From positions 1,054,001-1,118,000 of the forward strand of contig MCFH01000004.1 of NCBI GenBank assembly GCA_002104945.1: a stretch of 64,000 bases of DNA, given 5' to 3'. The notes under the pieces were generated by a model. That model was not told the DNA's origin, ran no database searches, and was given only the letters and a program-made list of their open reading frames with translations. The position numbers were made by a program, and so were the translations under genes. Positions 14,979 to 32,091 of the stretch are shown in pieces. Numbering within the stretch: the stretch's first letter is position 1; every line of letters starts with the position of its first letter. The DNA comes from Piromyces finnis finn (Eukaryota > Fungi > Neocallimastigomycota).

Positions 14979-16199
14979 CTGACGTTTTATTATTACATTA
15001 TTATTTTTGATTGAACAAAGTTGGAATTTATTTTTATTTTAATTATGATATTAAATATTATTTATTTTAATAATGTATTGTATATGTATTATTTTGTTGT
15101 AGTTGTTGTTGTTTACAAAGATTAATAATTTTTAACAAATAATATATTTGATTTTTGCAATTATTTTTAAATAAAATTTATATATATTTTTTCATTGATA
15201 ACATTTTGATTAATAAGGTATTTGAATAGAATGTATATTATAAAATTGATTATTGGTTATTATATATAATTATAATAAAATAATAGTAGTTATAAATATA
15301 TAAAATATTAGTAAGATAAATTTAAAAATTTCATCTTTAATTTTTTAAATTTATTTTTTTTATCTCAATAATTTTCCATTAATTATTTTTATTTAATCAA
15401 TATATTGTGGGCGTATTTATAAATATTAGCATGAGGTATATATAGAGATAATTTTATCAACAATTTAAATTTTATTTATTAATTCCTCTATACAAAATGA
15501 TAAATCCATTGTTAACACTTTAATTTATTTGTATATATAGTTTTTTTTTTGTTTGTTTGATTTTGTTTTTATTTTTTTTGTTTCCACATTCATACATAAA
15601 GCTTATGTAATAATATTTTTCTTCACATCCTTTTCCCACCTTTCACATTTACCATTTCATATATATTACATCATCAATTTATTATATTCTTATATTATTT
15701 TATTATTATGTTATATACCTTCAAATTTACTTTAAGATTTAACAAAATACTTTAATTTTATAATAAATAAAAAAGTGCAAATTTCTAATATAAATTTTTT
15801 TTTTTTCTTAAAATTATTTATTAATATAAAGTATAAACATATAGTTTATAAAAACTGATTGGCTAATATTACTAAATCATTTTATGTATAAGATATATTT
15901 TTATTATATTCTTTATATATTATATTATTGTTGTATCTAATTATGTACATTATTTGATTATAATAACAGAATGTAGAATAATAATTAATATAATGTAATT
16001 AACCTACAAAATATAATATAAAATAAAATTATTTTTAAAAAAGGATTAACCAAACTCAAATTTCTAAATAGCATTGAATGTAATGAATGTAATGGTTAAT
16101 AACATTACACCATTTTGGTATATAAAGCTATTATATTAATTGTTATTATTATTATCATTGCTATATTCTATTATCATTATCATTAATTATTCTGCTTTA

Positions 16200-16268
<69 letters not shown>
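16200..16268. repeat. (TTA)n microsatellite between divergent eIF3h and NIC96
   Basis: Direct tandem array. Confidence 0.9.
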
Positions 16269-16270
<2 letters not shown>

Positions 16271-16700
16271 ATTAGTTATCCTTTATTATTATATTTTAAA
16301 TATTATAACTCCAAAATAAAATACAACCAATCATCATTGGTGTATAATACAAATAATACAAAACTTTTTGTTTTGTAATAATAATAAATAATTATAATTA
16401 TAATAAACAATAAAGTTTTATTATTAGAATATATTTTTTTTCTTTTCTAATAATATTTGTTACTTTTTAAATTATAATCTTTTTTTTTATATATTTTTTT
16501 TATTCTCACAAAATCAGTAAAATTATAATATAGATATAGTAAATTAATAGTAATAAATATATAAATAAAAAATAAAAATAATAAGCATTATTCCAACAAA
16601 TATATTAATCAATTTTATTAATTTTAAAATATTTATATACGAAATCTAGTTTTCGATTGAGATAAAAAAAAAAAAAAAGAAAAAAGAAAAAAAAAAAAAA

Positions 16701-19700
16701 ATGCCAACAAAATTTAGTAAACTTCTTGAGCAATCAAGACAATTAAATAGTCATATTTATAATACTAGTTTACCAATTTTAGAAAGAGATTTAGATCAAA
16801 TCGAAAATCAATCTAGAAAGTTAGCTGCAAAAGCTTTAAGAGCAGGTGAAGGTTTAATTGATACAGGAGCATGTTGTTTATTAGCTAATGGAGGATTTCC
16901 TGTCGAACAGGTATCCCAAATTATGGATAATCTCAACACTTTAACTTTAGCTACTACTTTTGAACCATTACAACCAATACCTGATACAGATATTGAATCA
17001 TTTTTAAATTTAGAATTAGAAAATATTATATTAAAAACAGTAGAACAAGGAAAACTTCAAACTACAAAAGATTTTAATGATTCATTTGAACAATCAATTC
17101 ACAAAGACTGGAAGAATACAAAGCATAAATTATGTGATCATTTAGAACATTCAACAGTTATTAGTAGTAATTCTACTTTAAATTCAATGGGTAAGATTAT
17201 AAAAAAAATAATAGTGAAAATATATTTTGATGTATTTTGTAAAAAATTTCATTCAAATATTTTATTATAATATTGATAGATTTTGAAATTTTAGTATATT
17301 TAATGTTTACATTTATTTGAAATTTGTAATTAGAATTATATGAACAATTAACAATAATAATATATTTATACTTTATTTTAAATTTAATTAAATTAATCAC
17401 TATAATACAAAAATAAATATATTTATTTCAAGTATATCCATTAATCATGAATTATATAAATATATAAAATTAATAATTAATAATTATTTTATTAGATGAT
17501 TTACAAAATACAACCAATTCATTTGTATTCTCACAAGTTCCATTTTCAGGTAATTATCTTATTGTAGTATATAAATAATATATGCATGATATTATATAAA
17601 TTTAATAAATTAATTATTTTTTTTTATCTCTGATAGATTTAACTTCTGATAGTACTAACCAAATTCAAGTAAAAGAATATGCTAATGTCATCAAAAAAAT
17701 AAACCAAATAAGAAATGAATTAAAATCAGCAAAGGTATTCTCTCTTTTCCATGAATGTAGTTTGAAGTTAGCAAGAATTAATTCATCAATACAATCTGTA
17801 AGCGATTCTTGGAAACTATTGACTTATATTTTTAAAGAATCATCTCTTAATAATAAATCAGATGAAAGTTTAATAAAAGAAAAGCAATATGCCAATATAA
17901 GAGGAACTTCCAAAGATATTCCACAAGCTAATACAGATGAATTTAATGCATTAATAATTAATGGATCAAAAAAATACTTCGAAGATACTTTCTGGGAATG
18001 GATTCAAAAAGAAGTCAAAGATAATACCGGAAAGATATTTAATAATGATTCAAAACAATCAGTTATAGATATTATTTCATTATTTATTTCCCTTAGATTG
18101 AAAAAATATGGAGAATGGGATCAGAGTCTTGAATTATTTAATTCATTCCCAATATGGGCAAGTATTTTCTATTTAATTCGTTCTGGACATTTTTCTGAAG
18201 CTATTTATTATATTAATGATATTGATGATAAACTTTTCAATAATAAAAATGATTTGACATTTATTAAATACATCAAAATTTGGATAGATAATAAATTTAA
18301 ATTAAATAAAGAATATCGTGATGAAATTAGAAGTGATTGGAATGAAAGAATCCGTTCATCAATTGATCAAAACACCATAAAAGGAGACCCATTTAAATAT
18401 TGTCTTTACAAAATCATTGGTAGATGTGATATTAATTTCAAACATATTCCTAATCAAATTGTAATTCCATCTGTTGAAGATTATATATGGGTTCATTTAA
18501 CTCTTGTTCAAAGTGGAGTCAACCAAAAAATCAATACTGTTATGTCAGCTATATCCACAACATTCCCAAATACTATTATAGATAATGAGGCTTACACTTA
18601 TGAAAATATGGTAAATAATTTATTAAAATATGAACAAAACTACTTTAATCAAGAAAATATATGGAATATGGTATTGATAATTTGTGGTAAATTTGAAAAT
18701 GTGGTAGACTTTTTATTTTCAAGAGATCAATATCGTATAGAAGCTGTTCATTTTGCAATTGCATTTGCTTATTATGGACTCTTAAGAATAACTAATTCAG
18801 TTTATTCAATTGAATATCTTGTTAATGAAACTAAAACTAATGCTACTTCAAATATTACTAATTCTACATCATTTGATTCTACATTTAATGCACCAACCAC
18901 AAAGAATTCAGGCTTCGGTTTAAACTCAAAATTAGGAAGTTCAAAATCTTCAAAGACTAATCCATTTGTTACAGCACTTAATGTCAACACTGCTAAAAAT
19001 AAATTTAACTCATTTGGATTGGAAAAGGAAGGAAACACTGATATTGATATTACTAATGTTGTTTCAAAATTCAACTTTGCTAGATTAATTCACCAATATT
19101 CTAGTAGTCTTTCAAAACAATATCCAGATGTTGCTCTTCACTACCTTTACTTAATTTGTCTTTATGGTATTAAATTAAATCAAGGTGGAGATAATGATGA
19201 TGATATCGAAATGGAAATTACAACTAAAAATGGAAACAGTTCAGAAGAAGAAAAAACAATTGCTAAGAAATACACTCAATTAACATATAAATATATTCAA
19301 GAATTAGTACTTCTTCAAAAATCAGAAAACATTCCACATTTCTTTGGTCAAATTAGTATTGACGGTGGCATTCAAACTTTAAGTGAGATTGAACAATATA
19401 GAACTCTTATACATATAGGTGATCATCGTCATTTTATAAAATATTTAGTTAAACCAACTGCCCGTAGTTGCGAAAGCGAAGGAAGATTAGCAGATGCTGT
19501 ATATCTTTACAATCTTTCAGAAAACTATGAAACAGTTGTTGATATTCTTAATAAACAATTAAGTGATGCCCTTGCAAGTCATCAATATAGCCTTACTCAA
19601 GATCATCCAGTTATTTTAGCCCAGAATATTATGCAAAATTATGTCAAGCAATCATCTAACTTTGGAAGTTTAGAATCTAAACAAAAAACATGTGCTATTC

Positions 19701-20095
19701 TCATAAAATTAACTCGTTTTATGGATGCCTATCAAAGAAATAGTTTAGCTGAAGCTTTAAATATTATGAAGGAATTAGATATCATTCCATTAGAAGGTGA
19801 TATGACAAAAATCATGGTAAAGGCTGAAGAATTCCAAAGTCTTGATAAAAATATTGTTCGTCTTTTCCCAGAATTATTATTAACTACAATGCGTTGTGCC
19901 TATGGTCTCTGGCGTATGATTAAAAATCAAAAAGAAATCTTTATGTCTGAGAATTCATCTAAAGAACAATTAACACAATTAAATACATTCAAAAAGATGG
20001 CTCGTATGATTATTGTTTTTACAGGAACTATACAATCACGTATGCCAAATGAGGTTTACACTCAATTAAATGAAATAGAAATGGTTATGCAATAA
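16701..20095 (+). CDS. NIC96: Nucleoporin Nic96/Nup93 (three exons)
   Basis: N-terminal FSKLLEQSRQL...LPILERDLDQIENQSRKL; WASIFYLIRSG, DPFKYCLYKIIGRCD, SVEDYIWVHL, EAVHFAIAFAYYGLL, ALHYLYLI; C-terminal RMPNEVYTQL. Confidence 0.92.
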
Positions 20096-20817
20096 TCCTT
20101 TAAAAAAAAAAACTTATTTAATACCAATATTCAAAAATTAAAATTACAATCTGTAAAATGAATTTAATTATATTTTTAATAAGCAATAAATAGAAATAGT
20201 TGTCTATTATTTTTATTATAAATTTGTTTATTTATTCTATTCATTTATAATTATAATATATTATTTTTTTTCAATACCAATATTATAATAATTTCTTTTT
20301 TTTTTTTTTTAATTTTGTAATTTATTAATCGAACATATCAATATAATTCTTAGTCGTTGTTATTTTTCATTTCTTTCTCCTTTTTTTTTTTTTTTTTTTT
20401 TCCTTCTCTAAAAAGATATATAATAATATATAATAATATATAATAATAATTTTCATATTTCATATAACATATAATTTATTATCCATTAACAAAAAATTAA
20501 TAAAAATAAATAATACTCCTAATTGTTTAAGAAATTGATAAATTATTCTTTAAAACTATTTTCAATTCCTTTTAATTTATCTATCATTTGTTCAAAAAAA
20601 AAAAAAGAAAGAAAGAAAGAAAGAAAAATATATATATATATATATTTAAAATAAATCGTAATAGTGATGTTAACATCAAGTATATGATTAAAACGAAATT
20701 AAATAAATGTATTGAAAATCTAAAATTAAAATAACATAGACTATAGAAATCTATTTTATTTATTATTAAATAGATAAGATAAAATGTTTATTTAATTTAA
20801 TCATTTTTATTTAATAA

Positions 20818-21798
20818 TTATTTAAAAATCAGAAAATCAGATTCAATTGTTTTAATAATATTATAAATAGTTTTATTGACGGTTACATCAACATTATACT
20901 TTTCACTAAGTTCAATAACTTTTCCTGTTAAAGTATCAATTTCTGTTTTTTGTTTCTTCAAGATATCTTGTAATGTTGAAGATCTATGGTTATAAGTGTC
21001 TGGAACAAGTTTAGAATAAAATAAATCTTGATATTCCTTTGGAGTACTCCAAAATGTATGATAACCAGAAGCTTTTATAACATTAAATATTTCTTCAATA
21101 ATTTTATTCATAATATTTACTGAATATTCACTTTCAGTTAATTTACCATAGTTCACACGAAGAATAGCACTAAGTGGGTTAAGTGAGCAATTATAAAGCA
21201 TTTTAGCCCATAAATATTTTTCAAGTTCTTCAGTAGTTTCTGAAGGAATGCCAGAGTCATTAATCATTTTAGAAATAATTTCTACTGGCTTACTACTAAA
21301 TATATTTCCATTATCATCTTTTTGTAAAGATCCAAGTAGTATTGGAGCGGTGTGTACAGTTATTTCACTTATATGTCTTTTTGGTCTAATAAAGCCAGTA
21401 ATTACTCTAGCACAAAATATCTGTTCTTTTGAAAAGAAACGAATGTATAATTCATCATTTCCAAAACCATTTTGAAAGATAATTATTTTTGAATTAGGTT
21501 TGAGAATACTTCTATTACTATTTAAAGATTTACTAATATCATCATTTGCTGTTGTTTTACTAGCAATCAAAACGAAATCAAATTCACTTTTTGGAATTTC
21601 TTTATAATCTATATAAACTTTATATTGTTCTGGTGTAAATTCATAATTTGTAAACAATCCTGTTCTCTTAATTCCATTTTCTTTAATAGCTTTGGCTGTT
21701 TCTTCTCTAGCGAAGAATGAAACATTTGCACCTTGTGAAATCATAGATGCTCCAAGAGCCACACCTATTGCACCTGTTCCGATTATTAAGATATTCAT
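20818..21798 (-). CDS. panE: 2-dehydropantoate 2-reductase (ketopantoate reductase), intronless, prokaryote-like
   Basis: Rossmann motif GTGAIG, ASKT, FQNGFG, catalytic-Lys motif LWAKMLYNCSLNPLSA, and SSTLQD...KTEID, all characteristic of ApbA/PanE. Confidence 0.92.
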   Translation of the reverse strand: MNILIIGTGAIGVALGASMISQGANVSFFAREETAKAIKENGIKRTGLFTNYEFTPEQYKVYIDYKEIPKSEFDFVLIASKTTANDDISKSLNSNRSILKPNSKIIIFQNGFGNDELYIRFFSKEQIFCARVITGFIRPKRHISEITVHTAPILLGSLQKDDNGNIFSSKPVEIISKMINDSGIPSETTEELEKYLWAKMLYNCSLNPLSAILRVNYGKLTESEYSVNIMNKIIEEIFNVIKASGYHTFWSTPKEYQDLFYSKLVPDTYNHRSSTLQDILKKQKTEIDTLTGKVIELSEKYNVDVTVNKTIYNIIKTIESDFLIFK

Positions 21799-22563
21799 TT
21801 TAAAAATTTCTTTCTTTTTATTTAAATTCTTTTTTATATATTAATACTTTTATTTTTGTCGATCAATTAAATGTAATTAAATTTTCATAACTTATAGTAT
21901 ATATAAAAAGAAGTTTTTTTTTTTTTTTTTTGAATTTAAAAAGTTGTTTTTAATTATTAATTTTATTATTGTTGTTGTTGTTGTTGTTGTTGTTGTTTTG
22001 GTAGTATTAATATTGTTAAAATTATAAGTGTTAGTATTATTATTTATCTATGTATACATTTATTATTAATTTATTTATTTATTTATTTATCTCTTCTGTT
22101 TTTGTTTTGATTTTTATTTTGTTTTTGTTTTATTTCATATTACTTTTTTTTTTATTATTTATTTATTTTATTTTATTTTTTTATTTTACTGTTAATTAAT
22201 AATATTTGTAATAGTATTAAACTTAAAGAAATTTATTTACATAAAAACAATTTTCAAAGTTTAATAGTTTAATAGAATTAAATAAAAATAAATAATAAAA
22301 ATAGTAGAAATATATATTATTACAATAACTGTTAAAAAAAATATTGATACAAAACTAATATTTAATTAGAATTTTTTTTTTTTTTTGCTTTAATATTTGC
22401 ATATATTAAGTATTAGAAATTAAAGATAAAAATAAAATAATAATGAAAAAAAAAAAAAAAAAAAAAAAAAAAGGGTTTAATAATCATATATAAAAGAAGT
22501 TATATAAGAATATTATAAAAACAAAAAAAAATAATATATAATTATCAATAGTAATTAATTATA

Positions 22564-24142
22564 CTAATTATTTAATATTTTTTTTATATCTATTTCGTTA
22601 TTTTGTAAACGAGTGTTATTTTTTAAATATTGCTCACTCATTGCTTCATTATTATCAACATTATCATCATTAGTTTCATTAGACTAAATTTTAAAAAAAA
22701 AAATAAAAAAAAGTTAATTTATTTAGTTACTACTTTTTTTTTAAATATATAATATATATAAATAAAACACATACTTTGGAATACTTTTTTCCTAAAAAGA
22801 ATCTTACAAATGGAAGTTTTTTCTTCTTTCCATTTGAATTTATCATTGACTTATTATAAAAATTATCTTCATTACTATAATCATGTAATGAAATTGATGG
22901 ATTTACTGTTTCATCACTATTATTGTCAGCACTATTTTTACTATTAAAGTCTACTTTATTTAAGGTATTTGCATCGTTAATTACTATTGTATTTTTATTT
23001 TTATGAACTAAATTAAATAACTTTAGTTTCTTATGTTTCTTCTTATCTTTATTATCTTTATTTTGGAAAGTATTAATATTTGATTGATAATCATTATGTA
23101 AATATGTTTGATTATTATCATAATTATCATAATCATTATTACTTGTTATTGAACTAGTCAATGTTTTAGAATCATTTATATCTGAGTTTGAAAAATAATT
23201 ATTAATTTTTGGAGTATTAGGATCAATAAAGCATATTGATCGGCTTTTTACTTTTCCTATTGATCTACTACTAAATTTATAATGTGATTTAATTAATTCA
23301 TTATTATTAGTTGTTTCATTTTCACTACTACTAGTACTTATTTTAGAGTTAGATTTTGCTACTTCGTCAAAGCTTTGCTCTTTATTGTTTGTATATATTT
23401 TTACATTATTGCTTGGTACTATTTCTTTATGTTCACTATCATTTTTATTATTTTCAATAAATTGTTCATTATCCTCATTATCACTATTGTTATTATCATT
23501 GTCATCATTATCATCATTACTATTCTCACTACAATTATTTAATTCCATATCTATTAAATCAAGATCATGTAAATCTATACCAAAATTACTTTGACTTTGT
23601 TTAAATGAGATAGCTCTATGTATTTTAGGTGAATTATCTGAAAACCAATTTGATAGTTTTTCATTATCTTCTAATGCATTCTCTTCACTATTAAGAATAT
23701 TTGATTGACTATCCTTTAACGATTTCTCTGTTTGTTCATAATTATTATACATTTGATCCCATTTCATATTTGCCCTTTGTTTTTGCATATGCTTATATTT
23801 CTTACTATAACGCATCATTGTATACATACGAATTCTACGTTCTTCTTCGACTTGATCCATTTCTACTGTTCTTTGTTTAAACATTTCTTGTATAATAGGA
23901 TCGTTTAACGGATTGATTTTATTATGATGAACACATAAATTTGAACCCGAAGAATCATGTGAAGGTGTTAATGAAAGATTTGAATAATCCGTTAATTCTC
24001 CACTATCATATTGAAGACAATCATTTTTTTCACTATCTTCATAACTTTTTATTTCTGATATTGGAATTATTAATTCATCATAATTCTTATTATTAGAAAT
24101 ATTTTGGTCATTATTATTATTATATAATTTGCTTTCACTCAT
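22564..24142 (-). CDS. Uncharacterised Asn/Asp/Ser-rich protein (two exons)
   Basis: 470-aa ORF with a GTATGT donor after ...FFLGKKYSK and a second exon (SNETNDDNVDNNEAMSEQYLKNNTRLQ...) after TTAG near 22683. No domain recognised. Confidence 0.7.
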
Positions 24143-26002
24143 ACTTATTATTGTTATATTATTTTATTTTGTATTGAATAATGAATAATGCTATATATTA
24201 TAATTTTTTTTTCTTTTTTTTTAATATAATAATAATAATAGCTTTTGATGTTTAAAAAAAAGAAAAAGAAAAAAGGATTATTTTTTCTTATTATTTAATA
24301 TGCTTTATGAATTAATAAATTGGACGATAATTTTTTCTTTATTTCTTTTTTTTTTTTCAACTGTTTTTTTTAAAAAAAAAAAAAAAAAAAAAAGGCCCAC
24401 GATTATTTATGGTATAAATAATAGAATCAGTAAATAAATTATCGAAAATTATATTACAATATATCACACATTAGACACACAATTATTTACCTTTAATATT
24501 TTATTAATTAAAATACATATTTTTTAATAAAAAAAAATGAAAAATATGCAGTTTTATATATTTTCATAAAAAGTTAAAAAGATTTTTTTGAAAGAATAAT
24601 GACTCCAAAATTTATTATTAAATATTTTGACATTTATAAGGGAAGTAATAATTTATTTGGAAAAAAATACTATATATTTATATGTATAAATATAAAATTA
24701 ATATTATTAATTTTGGTATTAATGAAATATTTTATATTAAAAATATATGTAAATATTAAAATAAAATAATACCTTATTATTTATTGAAATACTTAATAAT
24801 AATAATATAAAGGAAATATGGATAATGTCTTATGTAATAATACACATTTTTATATAGAAATATAAAATATTGAAAAAAGATATATAATTATAATATAATT
24901 AATATAATTTTTATATATACATTTCGATTATTGGGTAATTTGAATTATAAAAAAAATATATCATATTAAATTTATAAAAGTAAAATAGAATTTAAGGGTT
25001 ATGGTAAATAATATAGACCTAACCCGTTTATTTTTCATTATTAATAAAATTCATAGTAAATTGTAATATAAAGGAATTTTATTTTTAAAATTAGATTTAA
25101 AGTTTTATTTTTAATTTCTTGGTAATTATTATTTTATATAAAAAATACTATTTATTACAGTTATGCCGTTTTTTTTAAAAAAAAAATTATAAAATCTTAA
25201 TTATTTAATTAATATCATTAAAAATAAATTTGGACTACATTTTTGATTTATTTCTTTATTATATTTTATTAATTATCCTATTTTATAATAAAATATAAAT
25301 GTATAAAAAATGAAAATAGAAAAAAATCATGACATGATTTTGACATAAAATGACAACAGGATGAATAAAGTAATTTAATGTTTAATTCGGAAAGATTTAT
25401 ATTACAAATTCTTTTTTAAACTATAATATATAGTAACATATTTTCATAAAAGTTTTATTAAATACGATAATAAATATACGAAAAAAAATAAAAACTTTAT
25501 AAAACTAAAAAAACTATTAAAATATTTTATAAAAAGTTATAATACTAATACATACAATTTGTAAAAGTTAATAGCGACTGTAATAATTAAATGCTTTTAT
25601 CAATAATTAAAAAAGTTTATTTAACAGGGTTACAAAATTAAATATAAAATAAGAATGAAATTTTATTATAAAAATTATATACTTTAAATCGAGATAAAAC
25701 TTTTTTTTTTTTTGCTTTATATACTTAATAGGAATTAATACAATCTTTATTAAAGAAAATGTGATATATAAATATTTTTTATATATAGTAAAAATATAAA
25801 TAAATAAACACTGTATATAAAAAAAATATCATACAGATAATATTTAAAAATTCAAAATTTATTTTTAGGTTTAAATAAATTTTATAAAATAATTTAATAA
25901 TATAAATAATATTTATTAAATAAAATATTGAATAAAATAGTGAATATATTTTATTTTTTTTATAATTTTAATATTAATATTTTATAGAAAATCAAAAATA
26001 AC

Positions 26003-26274
26003 TTAAAAGATATTATTATTTATATTCATTACATTATTATTTATTTCTTTATTATTGCTACAAAAGCTATTTCCAAGATTGTCTTGGTAGTTTCCAGTTA
26101 ACATACTAAAATTATTTTGATTACTATAGTTACCCATTACATTATTCGAATTTGATTCATAGGTATAATTATTAAAATTGATTGTATTAATTTCATTATT
26201 TCTTTGATTAAAAGAACTAATCATGTTTTCCGCATGATTACTACTCATTGAATTAAAGCTATTTTGTTGTATAA

Positions 26275-26308
<34 letters not shown>

Positions 26309-28619
26309 TATAGTCATATTGATATTATTTGAATTATTCAATAATTGATTTTGTTGATTACTATTCATATTAAATGGATTATTATTACTAAGATTATTTT
26401 GGTTTTGATAATAATTATTATTATTATATAAATTTGATGAATTATTTCCTTGTTCATATTTTATTTTATTATTCATAATACTACTGAAACTATTTGTAGG
26501 TAGTGTATTATATGTTGAATTATTATTATTATTATATGTCAATGATTTTATGTTATTTTGATTATTCATAAAACTATTATTAAAGTTATTAAAATTATTC
26601 TGATTACTTAAATAGCTATTATTATTGAAGACATTAGTATTATTTTGTCTATTCATAAAGTTATTATTGAATGCATTTGAACTATTTTGATTGTTATTAA
26701 TAGTCATAGAATTCATGCCATCTACTATATTATTCATATTCATGGAGTTGCTAGTTGAATAATTCAATGAATTAATATTCGAAGTCATTGAATTCATTTT
26801 GTTTATTTCAAATGAATTATTGTTTATCATCATATTATTATTATTCATACTCATTAAATTATTATTTTGCATCATTGTATTATTAATATTATTATTACCA
26901 TTGTTCATTCCTATTGAATTATTATTCATCATCATATTATTGTTATTATTACTTGTCATACTATTCATATTATTCATCATATTTATATTATTATTCATTA
27001 ATCCATTATTAATCATTTGAATTTGATTTCCAATTTGAATTTGATTATTAATTGTTGGTTGGAAAATTTCTTCAAGCAAATTAAATGTTTTATTAGAAAC
27101 ACCTTGAATTGGTGATTGCAATTTATCATCTGTTTTTGTTGATTCTTTTTTTGTTGGTAAATTAATTTTAACATTATTAACAGGTGAACTATGATTAGAT
27201 GGGCATTTATTAGCAACTAAAATATTAATAGCTTCTTCAAGATTTCCATTTGTCTATAATTATGAAAAAAACCAAATAAAATTATGTTTAATATATTTAT
27301 ATTTATATATATATATATTAATTAATTAATTAATTAATCATTAATCTAATTAAATACTTTTATTAATGCGGATTTCATTTGAGTTATATCAGTGAAACCC
27401 ATAGATTTTAATTGATTTAATCCGTTGGAATATTCAAAAGACTGAAGATGATTAAGACTTGATTTTCTTGGACTTGGTGTAACTGAACGTCCTGACATAG
27501 ATACGCTACGAGTAGGAAATATAATGGTTTGGGTATTAATATTAGAAGGCTTTTTATTTATTGGATTACTTGACGAACTTGATGAAGATAAAAAAGAATC
27601 TGGTTTTCTATTATTGTTGTTATTACTATTGTTGTTGTTATTGTCGTTATTTTTAATTTGTGATGATTCTGTGAGTAATATTTCAGCAACAGCATCGATA
27701 TTTCCATTAAGTTGCTTCAAAAGCATAAGATTATGGGTTTCGTTACAAAATCCCATATCTTTTAAGCTATCAAGTTGTAAACTATACTTTCTATAATCAT
27801 TATCAGTAAATGATTTTTTAATCTATGAATAATAAATAATAATAAAAAATTTATTGAATTATTATTTTTATTATTAATATAAAACACTATAGAATTATTT
27901 AATAAAATATTTTTCATTACTTCTTCTTCTTTATCTTGAGAATTCATATAATATTTTTTTTCGTATTTATCTCTGATGAAAGTTTCAACATCCCTAATAA
28001 AATAAAAATATTATAGTATTATTCAAATCAATATTAATTGCATTTATACACACATACATATATAATATAATAATTTTATTAATATTACTCATCATTATTT
28101 GATAAAGGTTCTGGTCTTGGATAACCTTTTCCTAAGTATTTATCATTAGATACAGAATTTCCACCTAATCTTTGAAAATCCTAATATTATTTAAATTCAA
28201 TATAATATTTAATATATAGAAATAGATAATAATAGTAGTTTATAAATAAGCATTACTTCTAATTGCTCCATATTCCAATTGTCAAGTGTCAATGATTTGA
28301 CTTTTGAAATATGAGTTCCTAATTTACGATGAATAGATGCACATCTAATACATAAAAATACACCTAAATTTGTTGAAGCCCATTGAGGTCCTAAAAGTAA
28401 TGGTTATATTATTATTATATATTAGTATTTAAACTTTTTTCTTTTTTAGTTTTTTATAATATATAATTATTATCACCACTAATATAAAAAATATTTAAAA
28501 TAATCATAATAATAACCTTTTGCACCACATTCTGCACAATAATTATTCAATGGATCCTTTTCAACCATACTTTTAAAAATTCTTTTTTGTCTATCAAAAT
28601 CTTTTTCTTTCTTTGGCAT
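26003..28619 (-). CDS. ArfGAP-domain protein with two UBA domains and an Asn-rich tail (Gts1/SMAP-like)
   Basis: MPKKEK...[10 protein letters not shown]|[39 protein letters not shown] (ArfGAP zinc finger); [12 protein letters not shown]; UBA1 [30 protein letters not shown]; UBA2 [18 protein letters not shown]|[12 protein letters not shown]. Confidence 0.88.
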
Positions 28620-28802
28620 TTTGCTTATTTGATATTATAAAACTTTAAGTACTATACTTATTTTTCAATTTCTTTTTTCTTAAATAAATTAATATAAAAT
28701 AATTCTTTTAATTTTTATTTTTATTATTATTATTGTTTTATTTTTTTTTTATTTTAATTTATTAAAATTTATGAAATAAAAAAAGTGTTATTTGTGAATT
28801 AT

Positions 28803-28836
<34 letters not shown>

Positions 28837-29501
28837 AAAAGAATATATATAGTATGATACATTTGAAATGTAATTTAATAGGATGATAATAAAACTTATA
28901 TATACTATTTTTTCTGATATTAAAATTATAAATTAAAATTTCTTTTTAAAGTTTGTGAGCATTTGGGTGAAAGAAATACAAATAATAAATGTTTCATATA
29001 AGTTTATTTATATGTGTTTTTATATTGTTATTATTATATTATTATTAATATTATTAATACTTTAAATTATAAAAATTATAAACAAAAATAAAAACTGTAA
29101 TGAACTCAACTCATTTTGTTAATATCTGCAATAGTATTATTTATATTTATAAAAAATAAAACTTAAAATATATATATAAAATTTTTTTTACATTATTTTA
29201 ATGTTTTATAAAGAAAAATTGAAAAATACATTAGGTTACACAAATAGTATTATTAAATCTTAGATGAAAAGGAAATGTTATATTTTATAAATTAGTATGA
29301 AGACAAAATATATACATAAAATTAATTATAGAAATAGGAATGTAGTAATGCAGTATTAATGAACTTTTATTTGTAAGTTTATTATAAAATATTATGCTTT
29401 ATTAACCTTATATTTATTATAAATACTTTATTTTAATATATAAAAATATCAATTGCCAATTAAAAGAACAATTAACATTTTCCATTATATAATTCATATT
29501 T

Positions 29502-32091
<2,590 letters not shown>

